DNA of 64,000 bases from Curvularia clavata (GCA_023920165.1 CP089278.1:1240001-1304000), one strand, 5' to 3'; positions 48,405-61,690 are shown, counted from the stretch's first letter. The notes: generated by a model from the sequence alone, not told the origin. Numbers and translations are program-made.

Positions 48405-49117
48405 TTAAAAGTTATTCTGCTCCCTTTGCATTCTCTCCGCCTCACCCTCGCTAACAATCCTCTTTCCAATCCACTCCGTCTGAAAACTGTCGTTCAGCTT
48501 GGACAAATCCGCAATCACTTCCCTGCACGTCTTCATGACTGCTTCCTTCGGTGTAATCGATCCGTCTGTTTGAACGCGCAGCTCGAAGGTCGCGAAGAGC
48601 GGGTGCGGCACTTTGTATGCGGAGAAGAGGACAGCTGGGTTCTTGAGCAGCCGCTGTGCGAGAAGGTTGCCGAGCGTGTGGTCTTCTTTGTTGAAGGTAA
48701 AGACGGCGGTGTTGGGGACACCTGGTTACGGGGACTTGTTAATTTGGCGGGCCAGGCAAGAGGGAGGAGAGAAATGAGGAGGACTTACGGGTTTCCGCCT
48801 TCTCTTCGACTTTTTCTTGGCCTTCGTCGAGGAGGAAGAGCTCGAATCTGAGGAGAGGGAGTGGTTAGCGGAGAGGTCATACAGGGTTGCGGTGCTGATT
48901 GTCGCGCGGTTTGTGCCCTGAGGGTTTCCTCGATACACTGCCTGGTCTCTGACAAGAAGAGCATGCGTATCCATCTCTTGTCGCGAATCTCATGGCTTCG
49001 CATGTCGCATGCTCCTTGTTACAGAGACCGGGTTCGCGGACCACGCATACCGCGAGAAACTATATGGATCGAAGGGGAAATACAAAAGGTCAAAGCATAC
49101 CTGTCTGGCGCGTTCAT
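48405..49117 (-). CDS. RPB11: RNA polymerase II subunit Rpb11, 3 exons
   Basis: Spliced MNAPDR|FELFLLDEGQEKVEEKAETR|VPNTAVFTFNKEDHTLGNLL..AYKVPHPLFATFELRVQTDG. Intron 1 is 48848-49100. Confidence 0.96.
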
Positions 49118-49913
49118 GGTGTCGGTGTTGTCTTGGTCGCCTGTGTATTCTTTCTCCTACTCGTGTGTATGTACGCGATTGCCTAGCACTCGCACGCCGA
49201 AGACGTAAACTTTATTGGTACAAAGGATGGGCAGATATCCAAACACAAAGGATCGAGTAAAGCGACTGGGTCGGGGCGATTGTTTGACGGCCGAGAGGGG
49301 TTGCGACGGAGTGTGATGGCTGCGGTAGAGGTATTCGGAGGTGAGGCTGGTGGTCCGCACTTGATGTTCTTTGTGCCATCTCTGACCGCCTGCAATGCTG
49401 TGAACGTGCGTCGCCACCCGACCTTCACTCACAAAGGCCGTGTCATACGCAAAGACGCTTAGGTGTAAAGACAAAACTGCAGGACAGGAGAGCTAGCTAT
49501 TTATTGGATTTCGCTACATGAGAAGTACACTTCACACTCACATAGCAAAGCTATACAGATATTAACGACGAATGTTTCTCGATACTATTCTCGAGTTGTG
49601 ATATTCAGAGAGATCTACAGGCTTTTGTTTTGAGGCCCCGTCAAAAGGGCGATGCGATATCACCAGCAGAAGCTAGAATTCACCATAACCACACCTGCCC
49701 GCTGCCCAAAACTCATTGCCTCGACGACCCGCAACAGCGCCGCTAAACGCCACTAACACCATGCTCCCTTACTGCGCAACTCCTCCACTATGTAACAAAT
49801 GCCAGATTCCACACGCTTTAGAAGAACAACGCTAACAAGCAACATTAAAAGTATATACAAGACAAGTGTGAGGAGACGGTCTCGTGGCGAGTCTCTGCCG
49901 CCAATCGGTACAC

Positions 49914-52900
49914 CTAGGTCCGGTTGACCTGCGCTTGCTGCATACCCGGACTTTGTTGCATTTGTGGATTCTGCGGCGTCGCGCTTCGACTCGGTGGTCG
50001 ACCGTTCAGCCCTGGACTACCGGCTTGCTGTCTGGCCATCAGCCGCTGTTGTTGGACAAGTTGTTGCTGATAGTTCTGTACCGCATTTGGTTGAGGAGTG
50101 TTGGCCATGCTGCCATTTTGCTGGAAGTATTGGTTGTTGGCCATTTGCGGGCCAGGAGATACGCCAGGTGATCCGGCTGCGGCGTTCATTGCCTGTGTAC
50201 GTTGCTTAGCCAGGAAACGGGAAAGGTGGTCGGAGGCCTGTTTTGAGACTTGTTCCGGGGTCCAGTCCGGATGCTGTACCTTTAGCTGGTTTTGGAATTG
50301 GAGAAGTTGAGGCATATGTCCGCTGGATAAGGGCCGGGCCGGAGTTTGCATGTTCCCGCTGCCCTGATTGATCCGTGGAGATCCGGCATTGTTCGACATT
50401 CCGTTCATCGCATTGTTCATGTTTCCATTCATGGATGCTCCCATGTTTTGATTCGGCATAGATGCCATCATGTTTGCATTTGGCATTCCGTTCATGCCCA
50501 TGCCCTGGGAGAGATTGCTGGCCATGTTGATTTGTTGTTGTTGCAACTGGAACTGGTGTTGCTGGTTGGCGTTGAACTGGCCTCTCTGCATTGCCATACG
50601 CATTTGATCTGGTGGGCCCATACGCTGCGCATTCTGCATGTTACCTTGCATTTGTGCCTGGGGAACACCTGGTGTGCCCATAGGAACGCCAGACATACTA
50701 CCGTTTCCGAAGTTGGCTGGCATTCCCTGTTGGGACTGATGGCCCCGTGCCGCCATTGCCGGGCCGTTCTGACCCTGCTGCAAAGCCGCGTTAGCCATTT
50801 GCGGAGGAACATTGTTGCCTACAGGCGTGCCGTTGCGCTGCATCTGGTTGCTGACACCGTTTGCCATCCCTGCCTGTGCTTGCATCTGTGCCTGCTGACG
50901 CTGTGCCGCCATTTGTTGCTGTATGTTGTCAGAAGCGTACAAACTTTCAAGATAGGGGTTTCTTACTCTAGCCATCATCTCCTGTGCCATTTGCCGCTGT
51001 TTCAGCTTCTCTTCGCGTTCCCACTTGAGACGACTGAACTCTTGAGGCGTGTGCACATTGTTCTTTGGTGCGGCAGGCTCATGCGCTTTGCGAAGCGCGG
51101 CGGCCTTTTGGGATTCGGCTTGCTTGTGAGCGGCAGATTCGCGTTTCCTGGCGAGCTTGCGCATGCCATCAATGATGGCGAGGTGTCGGTTCTCCCTTCT
51201 CCTCTCAACTCTGATTGGCGTGGTCGTAGGCCTTCGTCGTGGCTGTCCTGGTGTCTGTCCTTGCTGTTGCTGTTGCTGCTGCTGAGCTTGGAACTGAGCG
51301 AACACAGTCTTGTTGGCTTGCTCCAATCGACCTTGGTAAGTGCGGAAGTACTGTGTCTTTGACATTTCCGCCGGCAGTCCCTCGAGCTGCACCCAGCGTT
51401 CGAAGCACTCCCACGGTGTGCGACGACCTGATCCAGATACAAATAGAGATGGCAGAGAGAGCTGTTGAGAAACCAGAGACCAATTGAAGGTGTACTCCTT
51501 TACCAAGGCTCGCAATTTTTGGTCCTCTTCCCACAACCACTGAGAAGGCGTGCGATTCTCGAAGAAAGACACAGTAGGCATGTTGAATTCTGTTGGTGGT
51601 CTGAATTGGTGGGCGGCTTGCAAACGGTCGCGGACGTGCTTGTTCTCAGCATTGAACAACGCAACGTTGGTCATCTCTGGTGGCAGGTCGTTGCGACAGA
51701 ATAGTCTTCGGCCTGGAGTAGATGGCATGGAATGTTCTGCTGAAGTTCCACATCGACTGGGAGGTGTTGAAGGCTCGTCCTCGGAATCGTAGTCGTATCT
51801 GCTCCGCTTCTTTGGTGGGCCTTGTATTTGCGAGACAAGCTTTCCAGTTACAAACTTTGAAACAGGAAGGATGGGTGGCTCGGTTAAAGAAAATGGATTG
51901 GTGTCGCTAGAGCCCTCGAACATGGGATCGTAAAGCGGCAGTTCTCGGAACATGGTATCGCTGGCGGGTGTGCGATCAATCTTCATGACGACATCATTGT
52001 ACCCTAGAGAAAAGATGCCAGCAGGGGGGTTGGCATTAACGGGCGTGAGAACATCGTCGTCTTCGCCGTAAGACTCGCTCTCCGTCTCATGTGTACTGGA
52101 ATGGACGAGATCTGGCGTGGGGGCATCATCCATGTCTTCGTCGTTGCTTGTACGTCTTGCAGTCTTGGGAATACGTGCGTTCACACGCAAGCTTGTCCTT
52201 TCTTCGGGTGAACAGCTCACGTACTCAGCGCACCATTCCGCAAAAGTAGCAGCAAGGGCCTTTTTCCATTTTCGTTCCTCCTTGAAGTCTGTCTGCATCC
52301 ATTTCATGTCTAGGAGAAGCTGGTCCTGGTGAGTGAAAGGACGTTCGGGTTCAGCTGCCTTGGAAAGCTGCCGTAAAGACCACCGATTCGCATTCTGCAG
52401 CTGATACACTCTCTTCAAGATTTTGTAATCTTGGTGTTCACGAATCATAGCGAGCGTTCCAGCTGTCGATACCGTCTTGCGTGCGGATGCAACAAGGTCC
52501 TGCAAAGGTACAGACCGTGGCGGGTGATGGGCCTGGTATTTGAACAGTCCCTCCAAGTAATCCCGACTGGAATCTTCGGAAGCACCTTGAAGAGAGGCAT
52601 AGTCTTCATTGTAAGATTGAAGCGCTTTGGATGCTCGCGTTGGAGTCTTCTTTGCAAAAACAATGGTCGAAACTTCTTGAGATTTGCGATGGGAAGTCCT
52701 CGGTCGTGGAGGACTAGTGGAAGCTGACAGGTTGCTTGAGCGAGGGGTGAGGATTGACTTGTGGGCGGACTTGTCAGAATTGATCTCAGAAACAGATTTC
52801 TGCCGAATCGTTCCAGAAGTGACGCGGGTGGTCATACGCTCATTGTGAGAGGTTTGTTGATGGGGTGGGGATGTTCCGTGGGCATCCGTTGCTGGTGCAT

Positions 52901-54569
52901 CACGCATCTCGGTATCACCATCGGCAGGAGGCGTTGGGTGATCGACAGTAGTGGACATCGGTTGCGACTGGTTGTTTGCTTGTTCGGCATTGTCACGGTC
53001 CAAGGCCGAAGGTTCTGCAGCAACCGTAGTTGGTGTTGGCAACGAATCAACTGCGTTGTCTTGAGCGGCTTTCCATTCGGCAGAGTAGTTAGTCTCTGAC
53101 ACATTGTTCCGCGAAACGTCCTCAATACCCTCTGTCAACGAATGTGCGTCACCCCTTGGCTGTGATTCGCTCAAGCGACTCTTCCCATCTCGCGCGATAC
53201 GTATCGCCTGCTCATTCTCAATCTGTTTCTCAATGTCGGGTGTCGGGGAGTCGTCTTCCCGTGCTCGGGCATGTTCTCTTGCTTCCGTCATCCGTTTCTG
53301 AAGCGCACGCTCGTGATCCTCCTTAACCTGTTGAGCAGCAGGGTCCAGAACATCGTCGTCTGGTAGCGGTACATTATTGCGTTCCTTGTAAGCTTCCATG
53401 TCTGGGCTGGTATCAGGAGAGTGGTGTTGCGCATGTGGCGTTGCTTGAGAGTACGGTCCAACTGTGGATGATGGAGAAGACACATCGACAGGTACATGTG
53501 TGGAATGGATGGCAAGGCGTTCCTCTTCCTTCCTTTCCTTCTCGGCAGCGTTGCTCAACTTTTTCTCCGTCTCTTGCAGCCTGGCCTCCTGCTCCTCCTT
53601 GGGTGGTAGATGTACGACTTTTGGTGACTTGGGTTGGCCTTCCGTCTTGAGTGTGGATACTGATCCATTAGGGAATGCGAAAGCATCTGCATCTTCGACC
53701 GTTTGTGGAGCAATATCATTGGGGTCAGCAGTAGGTTTGTCGATAATAGAACCATTCTGGGGGACGGCATGGGATGTTTCAACATTGGCCTTGTCTTCTT
53801 CCTTCTCTTCTCCAATGGGCGTCGTAGCACGCGATGGCTTTGCGCGGGGAACAAGATCAATCGTGTCGTTTTTCATTGATGTTTCAACCGAAGGCAGAGT
53901 TTGGTTTGCATCGGAGGGTGAGGCAGAGGCAGCGCGAAGTTGATCCTCAAGGCTTGGGGTATCGACGGTTGGAGATGGCGACGACTTCACAAAAACTGAT
54001 TTGGAGGGGTTTTGGAAGGGCAGTGTACTGGGAAGAGATGCTTGATTGTCCGTATTGGCCACAGGGTAGGGCAAAGATGCATCGTTGAAGTGTCGACCTC
54101 TAGAGACGCGACCGTGTTAGCAGATGGAGGCGGCAGCAACAACGCGAACCCCCCAACATGTTACTGCAGCGACAGTGGAACAACAACAGAGGAGGACAGG
54201 TGTCTTACTTTGAAATGTCATTCTCTTCAAGAAAACGACGTTCTTCTTCGTCCGGTTCGTTGTAGACGAAGTCCTCTGGCTTGGGCTGGTGCCCGTTCAG
54301 AGCGGCATTGCAGCAGCCCGTGACCTTCCAGAGTGCCCGGAAATGGCGCTGCAACGTCGTGGATGCGAGTCTGCGAACATGGCATTAGCAACAACTCCAC
54401 AACAACGCGTGATCAAAACAAACGGAGCGATTTTTCGGTGTCGCATTGACGCATTTGATCGATAGAATCGCTCTAATATCAAACGCGATGCGTGGTTGTT
54501 GACTTGTACTTACGCGGCTTCATTTGTCTTCTCCTGGCGTAGGGTTTCCCGTAAACTGTCGAGGGACAT
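49914..54569 (-). CDS. EAF1: NuA4 histone acetyltransferase scaffold Eaf1/Vid21 (HSA + SANT/Myb, Q-rich tail), multi-exon
   Basis: ATG54569 MSLDSLRETLRQEK.. splices to FLEENDISKGRHF. HSA region RVYQLQNANRWSLRQ..MKWMQTDFKEERKWK. SANT WLWEEDQKLRALVKEYTFNWSLV..RRTPWECFERW. Confidence 0.93.
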
Positions 54570-54932
54570 ATGAAGGCCGACGAACGGTGGCCGACATCCG
54601 TTATCCACGAGTGCCGCCGTTGTGATGAATTATGGAAGATGGTGGTCGCGTTGGTTGATGAAAAAGTGGTATACGGTATGCTGGGCTGGTTGCGCGGGAC
54701 TTGCAAGAACGTGAGGGAGAGAGCACCCGCTTTCGCTGTTGCGCGCCGCAGTGCAGGGTTGGGGCGATAAGACCGGCCTAGCTTGGGCTTAATTGGCCTC
54801 CGCCGCTGGCGCTTTGCCGCTTCGGGATTAGCTGGTCTTGCTGCATCAAAAAACTTCTGGATCTTGGAGACGAGCACGCGGAGAAGCAACAACGCCAAAC
54901 AACATCAAAAAAAAACCCGCGAATTACCTGCA

Positions 54933-56555
54933 ATGGCAAAGCGAAAGAGGGAGAATGCCGACAATGCCGCCGCGCCCAAGGCCTTGAAGAGCAGGAAAAA
55001 CGAGGTCGCGTCGGCGCCCAAGCAAGCTGAAGCCAAGGAAGTCGCGATCCGCAAGAGAAAAGAAGGCGCAACCAACGGCAAGGCAGCCGCAAACAAGGCA
55101 GCCACAGACAAGGGCACCCAAGTGACCCCCAGCGCAGAAGACAGCGATGCAATCTCAGATACGACAACTATCCACGTCGTCACTGGATCCTACGAAAGAG
55201 TTCTCCATGGCTTTGCAGCATCTATCCCAAGCAGCCTCCTCACTGGCCAGGACGACGCCTCGACACCTGAAGCAGACCAACCTAAAGTCGATTTTACTGA
55301 CACTTTCCTCTTCAACGCCCATGCATCCGCCATCCGCTGCATGGCGCTTTCTCCTCTTTCAGACGAAACCTCCAAGATCACGCTGGCAACAGGCAGCACA
55401 GATGAGCGCATAAACCTGTACTCCATCTCGACAGCACCACCCGCGCCCTCAAAGCTGCGGCCCAAACTCCCCTCGCTCAATGGAGGCTCAATCACCGAAA
55501 ACCCAAAGAACAAGGAGCTGGGATCCCTTCTCCACCACTCATCTAACATCACAGCTCTCTACTTCCCCACAAGAAGCAAGCTTCTGAGTTCAGCAGAGGA
55601 TAGCACCATCGCCATTACGAGAACACGTGACTGGACAGCGCTCTCGACCATCAAGGCACCGATACCGAAGCCCCAAGGACGACCCAGCGGCGACACAGCC
55701 GGACCCGGCGAAGTACCCTCCGGAATCAATGATTTCGCCGTGCACCCCAGCATGAAGCTCATGCTCAGCGTGGGCAAGGGCGAGAAATGCATGCGCCTCT
55801 GGAACCTGGTAACGGGCAAAAAAGCTGGTGTCCTGAACTTCGACCGCAACATCCTAACTGCCGTGGGCGAGGGCCGTTTCTCCTCGGGCGAGGGCCGCCG
55901 CGTCATCTGGGACCCAGAAGGCGAAGAATTCGCCGTAGGCTTCGACCGTGCTCTCGTCATCTTCAACATCGACTCCAAGCCCAAAGCGAAAATTGCCCCG
56001 TTCCCCCGCTCCAAAATCCACCAGATGCACTATCTCCCCGAGCAACCACAGCATCCAAATACCCTGCTCGTATCCACAGAAGACGGCCGCGTACTCCTCT
56101 ACAACACCGCCGAAACCACTACACCGGAAGACCCGTCCTCATCAGAAAAATCAAAGCAAAGCGATATCCCACAGAGCAAACTCATTGCTCAGATCGGTGG
56201 GCCCGCAGCAGGAATGACCGGCCGCATCAAGGACTTTGAGATTCTGCCTCTTTCGCCGCAGCGCTGTGTCATCGTCACGGCGTGCAGCGACGGCACAGTG
56301 CGCTTCTGGGCGCTGAGCATGGCTGATTTGGACAGTAAGAGCGCAGAAACAGCCAATAAAGCAGCCGCGCAAAAGGGCTTCTCGGCACCGCAAGTAGGCA
56401 CACTGCTTGGTTCGTACTCGACAGGAACAAGAATCACGTGTATGAAGGCGTTCCCCATGACGGGGAAGCCGGACCAGGATGACGAGGACGAATTGGTGCT
56501 GGATAAGGAGGCGGGTTCAGAGGAGGAAGAGAGTAGTGACGAGGAGAGCGAGTAG
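54933..56555 (+). CDS. MAK11: 60S ribosome biogenesis WD40 protein Mak11/PAK1IP1, intronless
   Basis: IHVVTGSYERVLHG, FLFNAHASAIRCMALS, GSTDERINLY, KELGSLLHH, FAVHPSMKLMLSVG..RLWNLVTGKK, TRITCM and an acidic tail. Confidence 0.93.
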   Translation: MAKRKRENADNAAAPKALKSRKNEVASAPKQAEAKEVAIRKRKEGATNGKAAANKAATDKGTQVTPSAEDSDAISDTTTIHVVTGSYERVLHGFAASIPSSLLTGQDDASTPEADQPKVDFTDTFLFNAHASAIRCMALSPLSDETSKITLATGSTDERINLYSISTAPPAPSKLRPKLPSLNGGSITENPKNKELGSLLHHSSNITALYFPTRSKLLSSAEDSTIAITRTRDWTALSTIKAPIPKPQGRPSGDTAGPGEVPSGINDFAVHPSMKLMLSVGKGEKCMRLWNLVTGKKAGVLNFDRNILTAVGEGRFSSGEGRRVIWDPEGEEFAVGFDRALVIFNIDSKPKAKIAPFPRSKIHQMHYLPEQPQHPNTLLVSTEDGRVLLYNTAETTTPEDPSSSEKSKQSDIPQSKLIAQIGGPAAGMTGRIKDFEILPLSPQRCVIVTACSDGTVRFWALSMADLDSKSAETANKAAAQKGFSAPQVGTLLGSYSTGTRITCMKAFPMTGKPDQDDEDELVLDKEAGSEEEESSDEESE

Positions 56556-56803
56556 TGTTGGAAACGCATGATTCATTTTTTTGGGACCTTTCTCTTTAAC
56601 GTTGAACAAGGGGACATATAAAAGCGTGCTGTCTCTAGTATATAATTTTCTGATCTGTGCACGAAAATTTGGGTAAAAGTAGATTAGATGAATGTGTATT
56701 CGGATATGATGATCATATTACGTCTTTTCATTCTATCTCCCTTTCTCTCTGTCTCTTTAATACAGAAAAGCCCCATAACCAATAGAAATTAAGCCATCAG
56801 GTC

Positions 56804-59800
56804 TCACAAATTCATAGTAACCGTCATACTATTACTATGCACCAGCAGCGTCGGCGGCAACCCCTGACACAAGACCTCCAAGTCACTAATATACTTTACG
56901 CTCTCCACCTCGCTCTCACACGTGCCCTGCAGTGGACTTGGCAGCGTGGTAAACACGACGGCGGTGTCGTCGCTATGGCGCCGCATCAGCTCGTTCAGAA
57001 TGAGGTGTTGGGCGCGGCACGGCAGGTCGTTGAAGGACAAAGGGATGGACTGTTGGGCTGGGAAGCCGGAGGCGAGAGAAGGGGTCGTGGTGCCTGTGGT
57101 GGTACCCGTAGGTTGAGAGGTAGGATGAGGGTTGTTGCTAGTTTCGGATTCGGGACCCGGGGTTGAGGCGGCTTCTAGAGGGTTTTGCGAGGTCGACGTG
57201 CTGGGTTTGGGTGTATCGACGAACATGATGGAGGGACCTGGTGCTTCTTCTTCTTTGGGCACGGCGGTGCGCGGCATGGGGTTCGACGTGAATTTTGGCA
57301 GGGATTGGCGGCGCATGGGTGGGGGTATGGATGACGGTCTGGGGCGAGAGGAGCTGGAGATCTGAGAGGAAGAGCTGGCTACGCTTGGTGGGTTTGAACG
57401 CTTCTTTTCGGTGCGAAGGATAGCTGTGTCGGAAGCACTGGCACCAGAGTGGGGTTTGAGAGGAGTTACAGATTGCATGGTTGGCCTCTCGTTGTTTTGC
57501 GAAGGGGCTTCCTTACCAGTACCCTTCCAGATGGCCTTGCGAAGGTCAAGTTGTCGGGAGAAGAATGAGGTGCTGGGGGCCGTCTTTCTCCGCCGCAACG
57601 ACATACCCTGTCCCTCTTGATCGCTCTCGTCACTTGATGCATCCAGGTCGTATTCATCAAGGTTACTGCCGCTGATCACAGCTTCGCTATCGGATGCCAC
57701 ACCTTCGTCATCAGCGTCGTCATCCTCTCTGCCATCATCGCCATGATTAGATCGTTGGGTATCGCTGTCACTGTCGAGTAAATAAATAGGCAGCCTCTGG
57801 CTTTGCATTGCGAGTCTGCCACCATCACCTAGGTTACCGACTGACGACCTACGCTTAGCCTTGCGCAACATTTTTCGTAATGCAGAGAAGCGCTTCGGAT
57901 TTGCTTCCTGTCTGCCATGTTGAAACGAGGCTATCGGCCAGCTTGTGACTGCCTCTAGAATGTCGACTGTCTGTTCTAGTTCTTGACTAGCGGTCAGACT
58001 TTCTGGTTGGCGAAGTCGCTTGACGTCTTGCCACCAGCGCTCGTCTTCCAGGGAATAGTCAATGTCTCGCGCAGTCTGATCAAAGTCTCCCTCATCCCGC
58101 CCGTTTATGATGACTTCGTACATGCCCAAGTCGCCGCATGACAACCAGAAGACGTGAACCTCGGCTTCGATCCGCAGATTGCGTAGCAAAGTAGTCACAC
58201 GCCCACGTTCCTCTTCTACGTCCGTTTCGTACTCGACGAAGACGCATACCCTGAGTTTGTATATACGTTTCCATGATGGCACAGTGTGTAAAATACAGCC
58301 GAGCTGGAGAATGAGTGTATATGTGTCGAAGTTGGTTGTCAGGACGTTCTTTCGAACAGGTTCGTCCCCCGTAGTGGCAACCTCCGCCGACATTTGGATC
58401 GGCCAAAGATCGATGTACTGTTTGGAGGGCTCGTCGATCTCAATGTCACCCAAGCCGAGCATATGGAATGCTCTTTGCTTCGCTGTGGGCTTTCCCGGTG
58501 GCACCTCAAGCTCTTGGAAGCCCTTTCCTACAGCAACGTTGGCTTGTAGCCTCAGAATCAGGTCTTCTATGACTGTGACGTAGCTGCGAATTGCGATTGC
58601 GTTCTCTGGCTTCATGGCATCCGTTGGAAGCACACTATGTGTGTTACCAGTGATGCGACGCCTGGCCGCTGCTTGTATAGCTTTTCGAGACATGGGTTGA
58701 TTTGCGGCCTTGCTGGAGGGTCTCGATGGTTGGGGTGATGGAATATCCACCGACGGCTGGGCTTGCCTAAGCTCCGGCAGATTGTAGAAACCCATGACGA
58801 CAATGTTCGGCCTCATACCACCTAAACCTGCACCAAGCACGAGGTTGCGGGCGCCCCACTCTATTGCAGGGGCGATGGCAATGTTAACGAACGCTTTGAT
58901 CCTGGAGAAATCGATATACTTTGTCCAGGACTGTTGTTGCCGTCTAGCCTCAGGCACAGCTTCCCCGAAGTCGTCGGAGACGATGACATGTCCGAGGACA
59001 AAGAGGCCGCCTTTCTTTAGGGAGTTGCAGAATTGGATCAGCTTGTACTGCCGTCGTGGATCATTGACCAGGAGCAGGATCTGTGGTCTCCAGAATTTTA
59101 CGTGCTCTTGACGAAGGCGGAGTAGGTACTTTCGAACCTGATGATAGATGAGACCCTGACTGACATCACCCCAGGGTTTGGGGGGCGTCGTGTAATGGAT
59201 CAAGAGGAAAATGACCATCAATAGAGCTACACATCCAGAAGCATAAAAGCCATCAACAAAGAACATGGTTGCTCCGCAAGCGACAGTGCCTATCGCAGCA
59301 GTCTGCCAGTTGAAGTAGTGGAAAGAAGGCCGAAAATTTGGAGCGGATCCGATTTTGAGCAAGAAACAAGCCAAGTTGGTGACGAGAAACGTCATGAGAT
59401 ACTGATCGTAATTAACTTCTGGAGAGTGGGACGAGTTGATAGTCAAGAGGATAGACGTACCGTCATTGTAATGAAAGACGCAATTTGGTTAATGTTGGCA
59501 AACATGGTCACTTGTGCAATGATATATGTAATGATGATGGCGTAGATAGGCTGCAACAGATTAGACATCGGGTATATGCGCGTATTCTTTGGCAAATCTC
59601 TTAACCTACCTCGTCCGACTTCTTCGTGCCTTGACCAAACAAGGAAAGTCCGGGAATAAGATGGTCGCGAGAAAGGGCCTGGAGGAGCTTGGAGGAGCCA
59701 ATGACACCCATGAGCACCGAAAATAGCGATGTTGCAATCTCACCAGCAAGTACAATAACACCAGAAATGTTAGTTAGTTGGATGACATTGGTGTTGCTGT

Positions 59801-61025
59801 ACAGCGTCTCCCGGGTTATAGACGCTGCCATGGCAAAGATCACAAGAGTGTAGAGCACAAATGTCAATGCTATGCCATATAGAGTGCCCTTTGGGATAGC
59901 TTTACTGGGGTGCTTCAAGTCTCCACTCATGCTAGCACCAGCGAGAATGCCCCCTGTGGCAGGGAAGAGAATCCCAAATAAGTCTTGGAAGTTTTCGCGA
60001 TGATGAATCACGCTGCCTGCAGCGCCGCGAGTAAAGTGGGGGAGCAAGTTCTTGCGGAAGGTGTCCATACTCAGGCCCGTAAACACAATACTTTCCTTGG
60101 GCTCGGAAAACGGAGGGTTAAAAATTGCTGATAGAGGAATACTCAGGGTTGCAACAAGCAGAACAAGTAGCAACCCATTACTGCATCGCGCAAACAGCCC
60201 GCTACCAGCTAGACAGATGATGGTGGACACAACCAACACAGTGGTAGCCCACAAGAACTGCCACCAAAAGCTTTGGGGCAGCCACTCTGCCATGTTGCCT
60301 CCGCGGGTGCCAAAGTTTTCGATGAGACAGTCGACAAGACCCACAGCGTTTAGGGAAGTGTTGAAGACGGACCCAAGGTAGTAGACGATGCCAATACTCC
60401 CTCCAAACTCGGGACCAAGACTTCTTGAGATGAGATAGTATGCTCCTCCTCCCCTGACAGTACCGTTTGTGGCAACGGCAGAGATGCTCAAGGTAGTCAG
60501 GAGGTTTATAGCGTAGGCTGCAATCAGCATGCCCATCATGCCAACCAATCCAGCTTGACCCAGGAGGAAGCCAAAACGCAGAAACATCAAGATGGACAAG
60601 ACATTGAGCGTGACAGGGACAAAAACGCCAGCAAATGTGCCCAGCTTGTCGGTGCCTCCGACGGGCCTAGGAAAGGCTCCAGGCCGTGGCTTGGAAGGTT
60701 CGGTGACAGACTGCCTGTTGCCATGGCTGGTGGGCTGCTGGCCAGAATCTGCTCGCGACGAAGTGAATAAACCAGAGAACCAGCTGCCTATACCTCGCCG
60801 TCTTCCTTGGGTCCCTTGTGCGCCATCCAAAGCATCGTCATGCTGCGAACTGGGTCTTCCACCCTCGGCAAGGAGTGGAGTATCTTCAGTTGGAGGCGGC
60901 GAATGCTGGACAAAAGAGCGTCGGTGCAGGCGCTCCCTATCGTCTTGTGCTGTTCGAGCTGCAAAGTTGGACCTCGCCCTGGGTAATGGACGTCTTGTCA
61001 GGTGTTCGTTATCTGCATCGGCCAT
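56804..61025 (-). CDS. VHC1: Cation-chloride cotransporter (SLC12A9/Vhc1-like), 3 exons
   Basis: KLGTFAGVFVPVTLNVLSILMFLRFG, GGGAYYLISRSLGPEFGGSIG, FPATGGILAGASMSGDLKHPS, WGDVSQGLIYHQVRKYLL, HVKFWRPQILL. Two short introns at about 59.40-59.46 and 59.55-59.61 kb. Confidence 0.94.
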
Positions 61026-61690
61026 GGTGCAGACATGTGTAAGCCTAGCTCCAGCACGTGTTGATGATGGTTACGTCGATGGGTCAAAGCTTATGCGCGG
61101 GATCCGCCGATGGTACCTAGGATGTTGTTCCAAGTTTCTCGAGATGATCCAAGGAGAAAAGTAGGATTCGGTGAGGAAACCAAAGAGCGAGGTGTAGCAG
61201 AGCTGGCCTAGCCCTGACAAGCAAATGATGCTGGAGCTGCATGAGCATCAAGCAAGCATGAAGTCATGTCTGTGGTCTGGGTAACCTCAGTTAGCGCCTT
61301 AGCCTCACTCATATCGAAGACGCAGGGTTTTGGCTCATGGACGTGACTTGGTCATGGCCATCCCGCGCCCCACGCGCCCTCCACACGTCTCGGCTCGGCC
61401 AAATGACCTCAGCCTCTCGGCACCGTCGCTGGCAAGCCAGCCCGTCTCAGTCTTGGTTGCTTGTTCATCGCGTCCTTTGCTCGACTTTGAGACTCGACAC
61501 TCCTCGCGTTTGGCCTCCCGTGCTCTCCCGTGGGCCAGCATCCGTTGCCCATCTCCATTCATTGCCAAGCTGCTTCTGCAGGTCCCATATCACAACCTTG
61601 CATAGCAGACGCCGATAAGCGAAACTCCTACTTTTGTTATCGCAACAACTTCTGCCTCACAAATCATCTTGGTACCACCCGCGACGCAAC

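Noticed and set aside
49051..49059. Possible 9-nt micro-exon (ag|TTTCTCGCG|gtatgc) in RPB11 intron 1
   Set aside because: It needs a 41-nt upstream intron without a well-placed branch point and would disrupt the conserved MNAPDRFELF N-terminus.
50346..51362. 338-aa His/Leu-rich plus-strand ORF
   Set aside because: Antisense shadow of the Q/M-rich EAF1 tail.
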